Shown: positions 27,740 to 37,791 of the stretch, piece by piece
Layout of the letters: every line of letters starts with the position of its first letter
Numbering within the stretch: the stretch's first letter is position 1
NCBI GenBank assembly: GCA_964016885.1
Contig: OZ024742.1
Coordinates: 73,346,001 to 73,410,000, forward strand
DNA from: Eledone cirrhosa
Lineage: Eukaryota
DNA length: 64,000 nucleotides
Direction of reading: 5' to 3'
Position numbers and translations under genes: made by a program
The notes under the pieces: generated by a model
Told to the model about the DNA's origin: nothing
Seen by the model: only the letters and a program-made list of their open reading frames with translations
The model's database searches: none

Positions 27740-28510
27740 TCCCTTCCCATTTTGAATTAGTCTTTCTTACAGTGGCTGGCTTGCACTGTTCTCCTTCTTT
27801 ATAAAACTTCATCCTGCTCTTCTCCACTAATTGTGGTCTCTCGTTGTTGTACATCCTCTTAACCCTCTCTTCCACTACATCAGCCAGTACTCTAAGCACT
27901 TGGTTGGCTGCCATGTATATCTGTTCTTCAGGCCCAGTAGGCAACTGGACAGTATATGTCTCATTGTTCCAGTCTTCTCATATTAGTACAGGCCGCTCTC
28001 TAATACTTTCCAATGTTTTAGGTTTGTGGGACTAGGAAGCATGTCATAGACAGAGTGAACCAGAAAACTGGTTCTGGCTAGCTCCCATGACTATAATAGC
28101 TTCCGGCCAATCTTCCACCCAACCACAAACTTCTCCCAGGACACACACTGTCCCTGTTGGCTCTATTGCACTAAGGCAATATGGCAACTTCTCAATTCAA
28201 CCCTTTTTACCTGGTCAACTACTACAACCCTTTTCTCCCTCTGATGTACGGCGTAGTATGGTTTGAATTGAGAATTTCCAAGTCCTTTCTATTGCTCTGT
28301 GCAGGACCTACTATATCATTGTATCTTACAAAGGCCATGAAGTTCTCTGTATGAAATCCCAGAAAATGTTCACACATTCTATTCCTCCTGATACACCCAA
28401 GATGTTAGCTTTCTACACTGAGCCATCGATGTAGCCATTAGCCAACAGAAATGTCATCAATAATCACAAGGAATATTTTTCCATCTACATTCGGAAATGT
28501 GTGTTTTTAA
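27740..28510 (-). mobile_element. HERO-like (REL-type) non-LTR fragment, zinc-knuckle region
   Basis: Minus translations SVYDMLPSPTNLKHW, GTMRHILSSC..RYTW, NQVLRVLA. Confidence 0.7.
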
Positions 28511-29222
28511 GTCAGTTGTCTTCCCACAGTACATCTGTTCAAACATTTCAGAACTATGTGTGTATAAGTTACTGTTGTTTTTCATGTCCATGTTCATCAT
28601 CATTATTTAATCTCCACTTACCCTTGCTAGCAAGGGTTGGACAATTCGTCATCTTCAGGTATTCACAGACTGAATCAACACTGAAGCAGAGTTACTGACT
28701 TCCCAATACACACACACACACACATATATATATTCATACACACATTATCATCATCCTACATACACACAGAGTTACAAATGGATATGTTTTTCTATCAATC
28801 TGTCTATTCTAATAAGTACTCTATACTTAAGGAAAGTAGAGTGTAGATTGTTTTATAGGATATCAATTGCAAAAATGGCATTTTGCCATTGAAACAGTTT
28901 AAGCCTGATCATCAGGCATTCTATCCTATAATAATAAATATATATATATCATCATCCTTATCATTTTTATTGTCTGCTCTCCCTGCTATGTATATATATA
29001 CATGTGAGTCTGAGTCTATGTTTATGTTTGTCCTAGTGTCTATGTCACATAAATTAGTGGTTTGACTAAAAAATAACAACAAAAAAAAACACATTGATAA
29101 AATAAGTGCCAGACTTGAAAAAATAAGTACTGGGGTGGATATAATCAACTAAATCAAGGTGGTGTCCCAGCATAGCTGTAGTCAAATTACTGAAACCAGT
29201 AATAGAGAAAGAGTGTATATGT

Positions 29223-29272
<50 letters not shown>

Positions 29273-29277
29273 ATAAA

Positions 29278-29391
29278 TAATTACAACAGTGACATAGACA
29301 GGTACTCAAGTTTCGTTGGGTTCTGGGCTAAGAAATTGGAGCCCAGAACCCAACGAAACTTGAGTACCTGTCTATGTCACTGTTGTAATTA
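29278..29391. repeat. Perfect hairpin, 52-bp arms, 10-nt loop, containing the 3' half of a hammerhead
   Basis: Arms 29278-29329 and 29340-29391 are reverse complements; right arm reads GAAAC TTGA GTA. Confidence 0.9.
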
Positions 29392-29474
29392 GTTATACTA
29401 AACTCGTCCTATAGACTGAGTGCTCTTACTCTTGGATATTTCCACTTAACTTCTACTTTAGTATATATATATAT

Positions 29475-29506
<32 letters not shown>

Positions 29507-29507
<1 letters not shown>

Positions 29508-31045
29508 TTTACGTCCGCTTTTCCCTGCTTGCAAGGGTGGGACGGGTCTTATTCAGCACAACATCTCTCCAATTGTCACGGTCCTTCGTCATCTCCACCG
29601 TGAGCTTCAGCGATCTGAGGTCTGTTCTCACCACCTCCGCCCCTGTTTTTCGTGGTCTACCTCTACCACGTCTTCCTTCAACTGGCATTTCCTGGCACTT
29701 CTTCACCCATCAGTCATCCTCCACACGCATCACATGTCCATACCACCGCAGTCTCCTCTCTCGCACACTACATTCTATCCCTCTCAGACACAGTTTCTCT
29801 CTCAACACATCCATGCTGGGTCGTTCACGCACATTGACATTGCACATCCAACGGAGCATGCTTGCCTCATTTCTCTCCAGCCATCGCATATCCTCTGCAG
29901 TTGCTGCCCATGTCTCACTACCATGCAGCATCGCGCTCCTCACACAGGCATCATATAACCGGCCTTTCGTACGCAGGAAGAAACCCTTCTTCATCAGCAG
30001 AGGAAGCAACTCCCTAAACTTCTTCCAACCCATCCTTATTATAGATACTATGGCCTCGGACCCCCCCCCCCTCCCATGCTTATCTGATCTCCTAGGTACC
30101 GGAAGCTATCCACCACTTCTATAGCACCCACCTGCATTTGAAAAATGTGTCTATCAATGCGACTTCTACTGTCTAATTTCCCTGTACATCTACTGCATAC
30201 GTATTTCTCCCTACCTGTTAATTTGCCTGCTATACCACTACATCTCTTGTGTACCCAGGATCTGCCATTGTGTGCATTTTATAGAATTTATGCCAGATGC
30301 TTTTCTGCATATCGAACATGGCCATTTCCCTGACAGAATCAGAGTTTTATCCTCTTTTCTACTCATCAACACTTTTGTCTTAGCTAGGTTCACTCTCAGT
30401 CCTCTTGCTTCCAACTGCTGTTTCCATAGCCAGAATTTATTCTCTAGCTCCTCTACTGATTCTGCTACAAGAACCAGATCGTCAGCATAGAGAAGTCCCA
30501 TGGACAGCCAGTCTTAAACTCCTCTGTTATGGCTTGGAGGACTATAATGAACAAGAGCGGGCTGAGGACTGAACCTTGATGCACTCCCATTTGTATCTGG
30601 AATTCCTCACTAAACTCCATTCCTACCCTAACTTCACCGACAGCACCTTCATACAAAGTTTGCACTGTCCTCATAAGCCATTCCCCAATACCTAGCCTCC
30701 TCAGGGACCACCAGACGACAGATCGGAGCGCCCTATCAAAGGCCTTCTCTAAGTCAACAAAGGCCAAGTATAGTGGCCCACTCTTCTCTAAGAACCCCTC
30801 CCGTAATTGTCTCACCAAGAAGAGGGTGTCTGTCGCCCCCCTCCCAGGCACAAAACCAAACTGCATCCCATCCAGCTTGACCCCTTCTCTAATTAGTTGC
30901 GCTAATATCCTCTCTGCCACTTTCATAACCTGATCCATCAGTTTTATCCCCTATAATTGCTCCTCTCCAGAGCATCCCCCTTGTAGCAATTTATGAGAAT
31001 ACTGCTGCACCAGCCCTTGGGCATGACACCACCATATATAGCCTG
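29507..31045 (-). mobile_element. 5'-truncated RTE LINE, subfamily B
   Basis: DLEKAFDR, QGSVLSPLLF, YADD, WPCSIC, RWYGHV; ORF runs almost into the (GAT)n tail. Confidence 0.95.
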
Positions 31046-31082
31046 ATATATATATATATATATATATCATCATCATCATTTC

Positions 31083-31361
31083 ATTTTACGTCCACTTTTC
31101 CCTGCTTGCAAGGGTGGGACAGGAACTGATTCTGGCTTGATTTCTACAGCTGGATGCCCTTCCTAACACCAACCTCATTTACAGTGAGTGGTGGGTGCTT
31201 TTTTGACTCAACTCCCTATCATCTCATTTCTACAGCTGAGTAAACTGGAGCAATGTGAAATAAAGTGTCTTGCTCAAGGAAACAACACATCATCCGGTCT
31301 GAGAATTGAACTCACAACCTTTCGATTGCAAGGCCAGTGCTCTAACCACTAAGCCATGTGC

Positions 31362-31362
<1 letters not shown>
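31083..31362 (-). mobile_element. tRNA/CORE SINE with RTE-derived 3' tail
   Basis: Largely the reverse complement of 53620-53930. Confidence 0.85.
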
Positions 31363-31409
<47 letters not shown>

Positions 31410-31417
<8 letters not shown>

Positions 31418-32172
31418 ATGAAATTATTGTGTAAAGTGCTCAGGTGCACTACAATACAACTCATCAAAGGTGCATGTATAGTACATACAATAATATACAA
31501 ATGCCAGGGAAGTGAATAGTGTATAGGTCATGATATACATGTGTGTATGTGTAAGGAGGGGGAACATTAGGTGTAGTGTTGGTGAATCTCGGGAAGCATG
31601 GAGGTTTTAAAGGATGCAGTGTCTCGACAGCTAACAACTGATGCAGGTAGTTTGTTCCATGCTTCAGCAATTCTGAGCCTGAAAAAATGTTTCCAAAAGT
31701 CAGGGGAACTGTGCTGTTTTCTGACTTTGTGGGCATGTCCACGTGTGTTAGACACATGGAAATCAAAAAGGTACTCAGGGTTGTTGTTAACAATTTTGTG
31801 GGTGTTTACCAAGTCAGTTGCCAGGCGTCGGAGCTTCAGTGTATCCATGCCCAGGGAAGCAAGGCGTTCAGAGTATGGTAGATGCCTGATGGAGAGTATT
31901 CGCTTGGTTGCACATCTCTGAACAGTTTCCAAGCGGTCAACGTTCTGAGCAAGATAGGGGTTCCAGATTCCAGACTGGTGATGCAAACTAAGTGTGGCCG
32001 CACCATAGCCATGTACAGCCTTAAATAGATAGCTGGAGAGCGACTGACAAAGGTCTTGCTGAGTGATGCTAAGACACCCTCGGCCCTCTTGACAATTTTA
32101 GAGATGTGCTTCGTCCAACGCAAATCGCTGCTGACCGTAATGCCCAGGTCACGTTCACAAGAAGACTTCTTG
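31410..32172 (-). mobile_element. CR1-clade LINE 3' fragment
   Basis: ERDLGITV, LYMAMVRPHL, WNPY, LETVQR, TLKLRR, TRGH, AWNKLP. Confidence 0.9.
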
Positions 32173-32540
32173 ATATATATATGTATATATATATGTATAT
32201 ATATATGTATATATGTTGGTAATTACTGAGTTGCTTATCCATAAGAATTGCGTTATGACGTGTCATTGATAAACAGGTGTCAGTAGGTAAGAGCACTCAA
32301 CGTCAGTCGTATATATTGTATGAATAATGTTAAGACAGATGTTAAATACAATAAATACAAAATATATATACAATTATGTAACATTTATCTTAACGTTATT
32401 CATATATATACACATATGAATTTTGTGTATTTAAAGATATACAGTATGTTAAATAAAAAATATTTTGAAAGGCCAGCTATGAATAAAAGCTGATGCTCAG
32501 GGCCATCTAGGAGATTCCAGCAGAAGCAGCAACGGTTAAC

Positions 32541-32580
32541 TGTCTATATGTATTTCGAGCTGATGGCTCTCATCAGGACA
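32541..32580 (-). ncRNA. Minimal type I hammerhead ribozyme motif
   Basis: Minus: tgtc-CUGAUGA-GAGC cauca GCUC-GAAAU acau AUA-gaca. Confidence 0.85.
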
Positions 32581-34048
32581 ATGCTTCCCTGCTGCTTTCT
32601 GCTAGAACCTGAAAACAGGCAAGAATGTATAGTATTTTTGCCTGTGTAGGTGAGCTGATTAGCCTTATTGGCTCAACTTAAAAGTAGAATTAAAATTTAG
32701 CTTCAATATAGCTGTAAGTATACATGTATGTGAATTTTGTATATCTAAAGATATACGGTATGTTTAATAAACAAACATTTTGAAAGCCCAGCTATGTATC
32801 TAATCAGCTGACCTGTATATGTATATGTCCAAACTGTAAACGTGGTTAACATTAGGACCACTCAGTAGCATGGCTCCTTTATGGCCAGACCACCCTCATA
32901 ATGGGACCACCCAGATCCCAAAATACAGTAACAGTCCCAATAAGTGCAAGGTACGGCATGGCCATCTGTTAGGATGGGCATCAAGCTGTAAAAATCTCAG
33001 CCAAATTACAGTTCCGTCTAAGCAAGGTATGGCGCGGCCAAATGGCCAGACATGTCTCATGAAATGGGCGACCCGTCTAACCTATACAAACATGGAAAAT
33101 GGACATTAAACAGTGATGATGATGATGATGATATATATTTCTGAAAATGCAGCAGGAATGTATTTCTAAGCAGAATCTACTAGAGTGCTCCTTAAACAAG
33201 AGTTTAGTGCAATATAAATTAATATAATTATATGCAGACTAACTGAATTTGTCTGCATCTCAAGGCAGATATATTAAAATTGCATTAAAATTATTGGTAT
33301 AATACATATCTATTTCAACATATATGCCTTGAGTTGTAGTTACTCCAATTATAATTATGTGTGTGTATGTGTGTGTGTATCATCCTCATTACCATCATCA
33401 TCATGCATACAGAGTTACATATGAAGATATTTCTATTTTGATAAGTGCACTTAAGCATTAAACACCTGGCCCTTGAATCACTGGTAAAGCTTCACAGCTT
33501 TGATAAAACATATGTCACTCTACCTATGTATTGAGTTTCATTTCTCTGTCAAACTTAGGTGTGTGAATGTGTAATATGTGTGTCTGTGTGCATGTGTACA
33601 TGTATTTATATATATATGTATATATATATATAACCAAATGATATTTACATCAACTGGTCACATTTGGTAAGAACCAGATCGGAAATGAAAATATATGAGG
33701 TGAGTGTTGTTATTCTGTGATTTCTCTTAGAAATGTTTAGATGTCCAAAGATATGATTCGGTGTGAACATAGAACTTTTCATTCTAAAACATAGTTTTCA
33801 AACCACCATTCTTTCATTGATCCTGTGTGTAAATATAGAAACTGTGTAATATGACGGCTGTAGCCTGATGATGTTTGTCATGCCCATACCAGTAATTAAA
33901 ACATGTTGGTTTTAATTTATGACTGATGTGGGTTAGCTCTATGGGTACAGTTTATTGTAGGATTATGATTTGCATTTGCTTGGATTTGTAGATAACATGG
34001 ATTTGGTTTAGATTTGTTTACATTCAGGTTTGGCATGTACTGTCTTAG

Positions 34049-34120
<72 letters not shown>

Positions 34121-34125
<5 letters not shown>

Positions 34126-34231
34126 AAAATGTTTAACCCTGACGGCAGAGCTCAAGCCGTTTCGACGGCTATTCCAGAAATAACCGTCAAAACAGCTTTA
34201 GCTCTGCTGTCGGGGTTAAACATTTTCCTAT
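34121..34231. repeat. Imperfect hairpin (~53-bp arms) with hammerhead 3' half
   Basis: ATAGGAAAATGTTTAACC... / ...GGTTAAACATTTTCCTAT; left arm carries TTTC (GAAA on minus). Confidence 0.85.
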
Positions 34232-34431
34232 TACCCACTCTACTACCCTAAGTATTGAGTGCTCTGGCGCGTTATGGTCCATCTGGTTCCTTACCACACC
34301 TCCTTTGTTTTATATATATATACATACATGATTCGGTAAAGGTAACCATAGTAAGTACAGTGAATTTTTTGAAATTTATTTTGAAACTTTTTCTTATTTG
34401 CTAAACCTTGATTATATATATATATATATAT

Positions 34432-34715
34432 ATCATCATCATCACCGTTTTACGTCCGTTCTTCCACGCTAGCATGGGTTAGACGGGTTGTCCTGTTGTG
34501 GGCAGTGTCTGGTCGGCTGACCATGCCTTGCTAATACAGGAACTGATTTGGCTTGATTTCTACAGCTGGATGCCCTTCCTAACACCAACCTCATTTACAG
34601 TGAGTGCTGGGTGCTTTTTCGTGGCGCCTACACGTCCACTTTACAGTGTGGGCTGGGTGCTTTTTTGCTGTGGCACCTCCACGACCACCTTGCGGTGGGG
34701 GGAGTGGGGGCATAT
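34432..34715 (-). mobile_element. RTE 3'-UTR/tail-derived fragment
   Basis: TTTTACGTCCGTTCTTCCACGCTAGCATGGG and GGATGCCCTTCCTAACACCAACC shared with RTE/SINE tails. Confidence 0.75.
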
Positions 34716-34725
34716 TGTTTATATG

Positions 34726-34753
<28 letters not shown>

Positions 34754-34760
<7 letters not shown>

Positions 34761-35261
34761 ATACTTTGGGAGGGTCATGTTGCCAATAAGAAACACACGC
34801 ACCAGTTGCTTTCACTTCAATTTATTATATATTTATAAATTTATAAATTTACAAATCTACAAACTTATAAATAGATAAATGAACACAAACACACACAGAC
34901 ACCCGGGTGTGGCGCATGCGCAAACTGAGCACACAACACACACACAGAAACAAAATGGCGTAGGATAGAAGAAAGGAAAGGCACAGAAACAAAGAAAGGA
35001 ATCCCCAGTCACTGAAGAGGTCACAGAGTGTGTGACGAAAGGACTATGACTATATATAAACAACTATCTGGTTGTGGAACCAACCAACCAACCAGAAATT
35101 TATAAGTTTGTAGATTTGTAAATTTATAAATATATAATAAATTGAAGTGAAAGCAACTGGTGCGTGTGTTTCTTATTGGCAACATGACCCTCCCAAAGTA
35201 TAACAATATCGGTTTCAACACACGATTTCAGATAAAGAATCTTGCTAAACAAATTCAGAAA

Positions 35262-35263
<2 letters not shown>
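34754..35263 (+). mobile_element. Hammerhead-bearing short element with inverted partial copy (putative PLE pseudo-LTR)
   Basis: 34754-34872 is the reverse complement of ~35097-35209; flanked by (TA)n; same family as 57213-57724. Confidence 0.8.
35007..35051 (+). ncRNA. Minimal hammerhead ribozyme motif (CUGAAGA variant)
   Basis: agtca-CUGAAGA-gGUCACA gagug UGUGAC-GAAAG ga CUA-tgact. Confidence 0.78.
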
Positions 35264-35354
<91 letters not shown>

Positions 35355-35357
35355 TAC

Positions 35358-35508
35358 ACATGGCTTAGTGGTTAGAGCATTGGCCTTGCAATCGAAAGGT
35401 TGTGAGTTCAATTCTCAGACCGGGTGATGTGTTGTTTCCTTGAGCAAGGCACTTTATTTCACATTGCTCCAGTTTACTCAGCTGTAGAAATGAGATGATA
35501 GGGACTGG
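35358..35508 (+). mobile_element. tRNA/CORE SINE 5' part
   Basis: Near-identical to 53625-53775. Confidence 0.85.
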
Positions 35509-35606
35509 GTGCTTTTTTGCTGTGACACCTCCACGACCACTTTGCAGATGCTTCAGCTTCGGCTTCTACCCGTGGGGGGTCGGGTCTTCTGTATATATAT
35601 ATATAT

Positions 35607-35692
35607 ATTCAGAATAATAATAAATGAAGACATTCACATAATCATTCACATAATTGATTATGTGAATGTCTTCATTTATTATTATTCTGAAT
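35607..35692. repeat. Hairpin, ~38-bp arms
   Basis: ATTCAGAATAATAATAAATGAAGACATTCACATAATCA and its reverse complement; AGAGTGCTT ~65 nt downstream. Confidence 0.8.
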
Positions 35693-35906
35693 AATAATTG
35701 TTTCTACTTTTGGCACAAGGCCAGAATTCTGAATAACTCCAGAAAACCTCTTTGTAGAGTGCTTTTAATCTATTGTAAAACTATATTCATTGAGTAATCA
35801 ATGAACCATATTAGTCTTTGGTTATATATATATACATATAAATATATTGGAAAAAGGAAAATAATGACTTCACTTGTAGTTGGTATTTTAAACAATTTAA
35901 TTATAT

Positions 35907-36690
35907 AATGTTACATGGCAGTGAGACCTGGGCATTGTGTGCAGAGGATATACGCAGACTGGAGAGGAACGAAGCTTGCATGCTCCGCTGGATGTGTAAT
36001 AGTAATATACATGAATGGCAAAGCATAAACGAACTAAGAGAAAAATTAAAAATAAGAGGGATCAGATGTTGTTTACTCGAGAGAAGACTACGTTGGTATG
36101 GTCACGTGATGCGCATGAAAGACGACAGCTGTATAAAAAAGTGCAGGGCAATAAAAATAGACGGTAGCCACGGAGTAGGCAAACCCAGAAAAACCTGGGA
36201 CGACTTGATAAATTCTGACCTCACACACTTACAACTCTCCAAGACAATGTCACTGGACCGAGATCTTTGGCGCTACACAGTAATACAGAAGACCCGTCTT
36301 ATCTAAGTACAAAGTGAAACCTACCTCAGTCAGTAGGCACCTCTAACAAAAATGCATCCCCGTCCCACTACCCCAACCCCATCCACACCACCCCTTTCAA
36401 TGTAAAGTTATGTTGGTACCACAACATCCAGTCTGAAACAAATGAGGTTGTGTAGGTGTCACGACAAAAAAACACACAGTCCACGCTGTAATGTGGCCAT
36501 GTAGGTAACACGGTAAAAACCTCCCAGTCCACACTGTAAACGTGGTTGGTGTAAGGAAGGGCATCCAGCCGTAGAAAATCCGCCAGACAGTCCTATGCGA
36601 GCAAGACAACCACTCTTGCCTCAAGTGGGAAAACTCCCATCCAAACCCATGCAAGCGTGGAAGATGGACGTTAAACGATGATGATGATGA
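35907..36690 (+). mobile_element. RTE subfamily A 3' fragment
   Basis: ORF 35908-36306 and 3' UTR nearly identical to 39687-40470. Confidence 0.95.
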
Positions 36691-37092
36691 ATTAAACGAT
36701 GATGATGAATTTTACAATTTTGCTATATATTTTGCTATATTTTCAAATTTCATATATATAAAAAAAATGAATAAACACACACACATATCTTTATATATAT
36801 ATATATATGAAATTTGAAAATATAGTTGCCCTAAAGTAAATAATTATTATAATAGTTGTTCAATATAAAAAATAGTTTTAAAAAGATTCAGTAATGAACC
36901 TCTTGAGACAGAAGAAAGTGGATGGGAATCAAACCATACATCTTGCATATGCCAGGCAAACAACAGTCACTGGTCACTAATTACCATCTTAGATGTTGCA
37001 CCAAAGCAGCAACAGATCTCTGGCTGTTAATTACCATCTTAAAAGATTTAAATGTAAAGGTAGAAGTGTAAAAATCAAGTTAACTTACAACG

Positions 37093-37130
<38 letters not shown>

Positions 37131-37260
37131 GAAGTTATATTGAATTTGTTGGAACTCTAACAAACTTAAAAGTTTATAACTGATATAGAGCACTCAACAG
37201 CTTACTGGAGTAAATATTCAATATATTAATAAATGGAAACTATATTTATGAAACCATAAT

Positions 37261-37325
37261 TATTTTATTATATATATTTCAAGGGCAACCAAGGCAATCC
37301 TGGTGCGCTTTCATCAGATAAAATA
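37261..37325 (-). ncRNA. Minimal type I hammerhead ribozyme motif
   Basis: Minus: tattttat-CUGAUGA-AAGCGCACCAGG auug CCUUGGUUGCCCUU-GAAA UAUAUA UA-ataaaata; perfect 8-bp stem I. Confidence 0.85.
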
Positions 37326-37423
37326 CAAAATTTGTTTTATAAATAGTGACATAACCGTGGAACACAACCTTACATGTAAAAGTAGAAACAATTATTATAT
37401 ATATATATAGAAACAATTATGAT

Positions 37424-37456
<33 letters not shown>

Positions 37457-37492
37457 CATCATCACCGTTTTACGTCCGTTCTTCCACGCTAG

Positions 37493-37721
37493 CATAATAA
37501 ACAACACAATATAATTATTTTATTACTGAAGATTTCAAGAAACTAGACGATTCTTGCCAGAAACATCCAGTTTGTTCGTCGTAGATAGAGCATTCCGTAG
37601 AAAACGTAAAGAAAAAAAGAATGCTCTATCTACGACGAACAAACTGGATGTTTCTTGCAAGAATCGTCTAGTTTCTTGAAATCTTCAGTAATAAAATAAA
37701 TATATTGTGTTGTTTATTATG
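37493..37721. repeat. Inverted repeat, ~100-bp arms, 23-nt spacer
   Basis: 37493-37595 vs 37619-37721 with few mismatches. Confidence 0.9.
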
Positions 37722-37728
37722 TAATTAA

Positions 37729-37789
<61 letters not shown>

Positions 37790-37791
<2 letters not shown>

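Noticed and set aside
28861-28925. Hammerhead on minus strand
   Set aside because: CTGATGA present but GAAA reads CAAAA and stems are poor; at best decayed.
33860-33912. Hammerhead on plus strand
   Set aside because: CTGATGA and AACATGTT present, but no GAAA and weak stem II.
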